Positions 63,792 to 64,000 of a stretch of DNA of 64,000 nucleotides are shown in pieces (position 1 is the stretch's first letter; the number at the start of each line of letters is the position of its first letter). The DNA is from Octopus sinensis (lineage: Eukaryota): positions 558,001 through 622,000 of the forward strand of contig NW_021832432.1 of the NCBI RefSeq assembly GCF_006345805.1, read 5' to 3'. The notes under the pieces were generated by a model, which was given only the letters and a program-made list of their open reading frames with translations, did not search any database and had not been told where the DNA came from. The translations under genes were made by a program, and so were the position numbers.

Positions 63792-64000
63792 TATGAGGTC
63801 TGATCAAAAAGCATCAGGAATGAAAAGAAAATTACAACACCTATCAATTCAGTATTTAATCTCCTTCAAAGTAGTCCCCTTCTGAAGCCCCACAGTTTAA
63901 CCAGCTTTGTTTCTCCATTGATGGAAACATTCCTGGAACTCCTTTTTCGAGGATAGCAAGCCTTGTCACATTTTCTTGGATTTCTTCAACATCTTGAAAT
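63792..64000 (-). pseudogene. Mariner 3' end with TIR, runs off the window
   Basis: TATGAGGTCTGATCAAAAAG TIR-like terminus; minus strand ends ...GDYFEGD* (GGGGACTACTTTGAAGGAGATTAA). Confidence 0.7.

Overview
This is an AT-rich, repeat-saturated animal window with no convincing host gene. The repeat families point to an octopus or other cephalopod genome (inference, not verified). Content: (1) about 30 tRNA-headed SINE copies from at least 5 families. (2) LINE fossils: CR1-group RT fragments, RTE fragments and 3' ends, and R4/Dong-like restriction-endonuclease-like (REL) fragments sitting in microsatellites. (3) A 5'-truncated Penelope-like element (PLE; RT + GIY-YIG) with ~300-bp inverted ends and a nested LINE. 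(4) DNA-transposon fossils (mariner, hAT, Helitron helicase) and MITEs. (5) Very abundant microsatellites, which explain nearly all of the ORF track. The most interesting signal is one the ORF track cannot show. At least seven sequence-unrelated short elements, most embedded in or next to (TA)n tracts and several folded back as inverted repeats, each carry a minimal hammerhead-ribozyme-like motif (stem I - CUGANGA - stem II - GAAA - palindromic stem III - NUH), mostly decayed at core positions. They look like a diverse population of non-autonomous PLE-derived, ribozyme-bearing elements. Other notable structures: head-to-tail SINE multimers with fixed re-entry junctions, SINE/LINE 3'-tail sharing, and several template-switch rearrangement scars. 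All family names are recognition-based, no searches were run, and coordinates are hand-counted and approximate unless a TSD fixes them.
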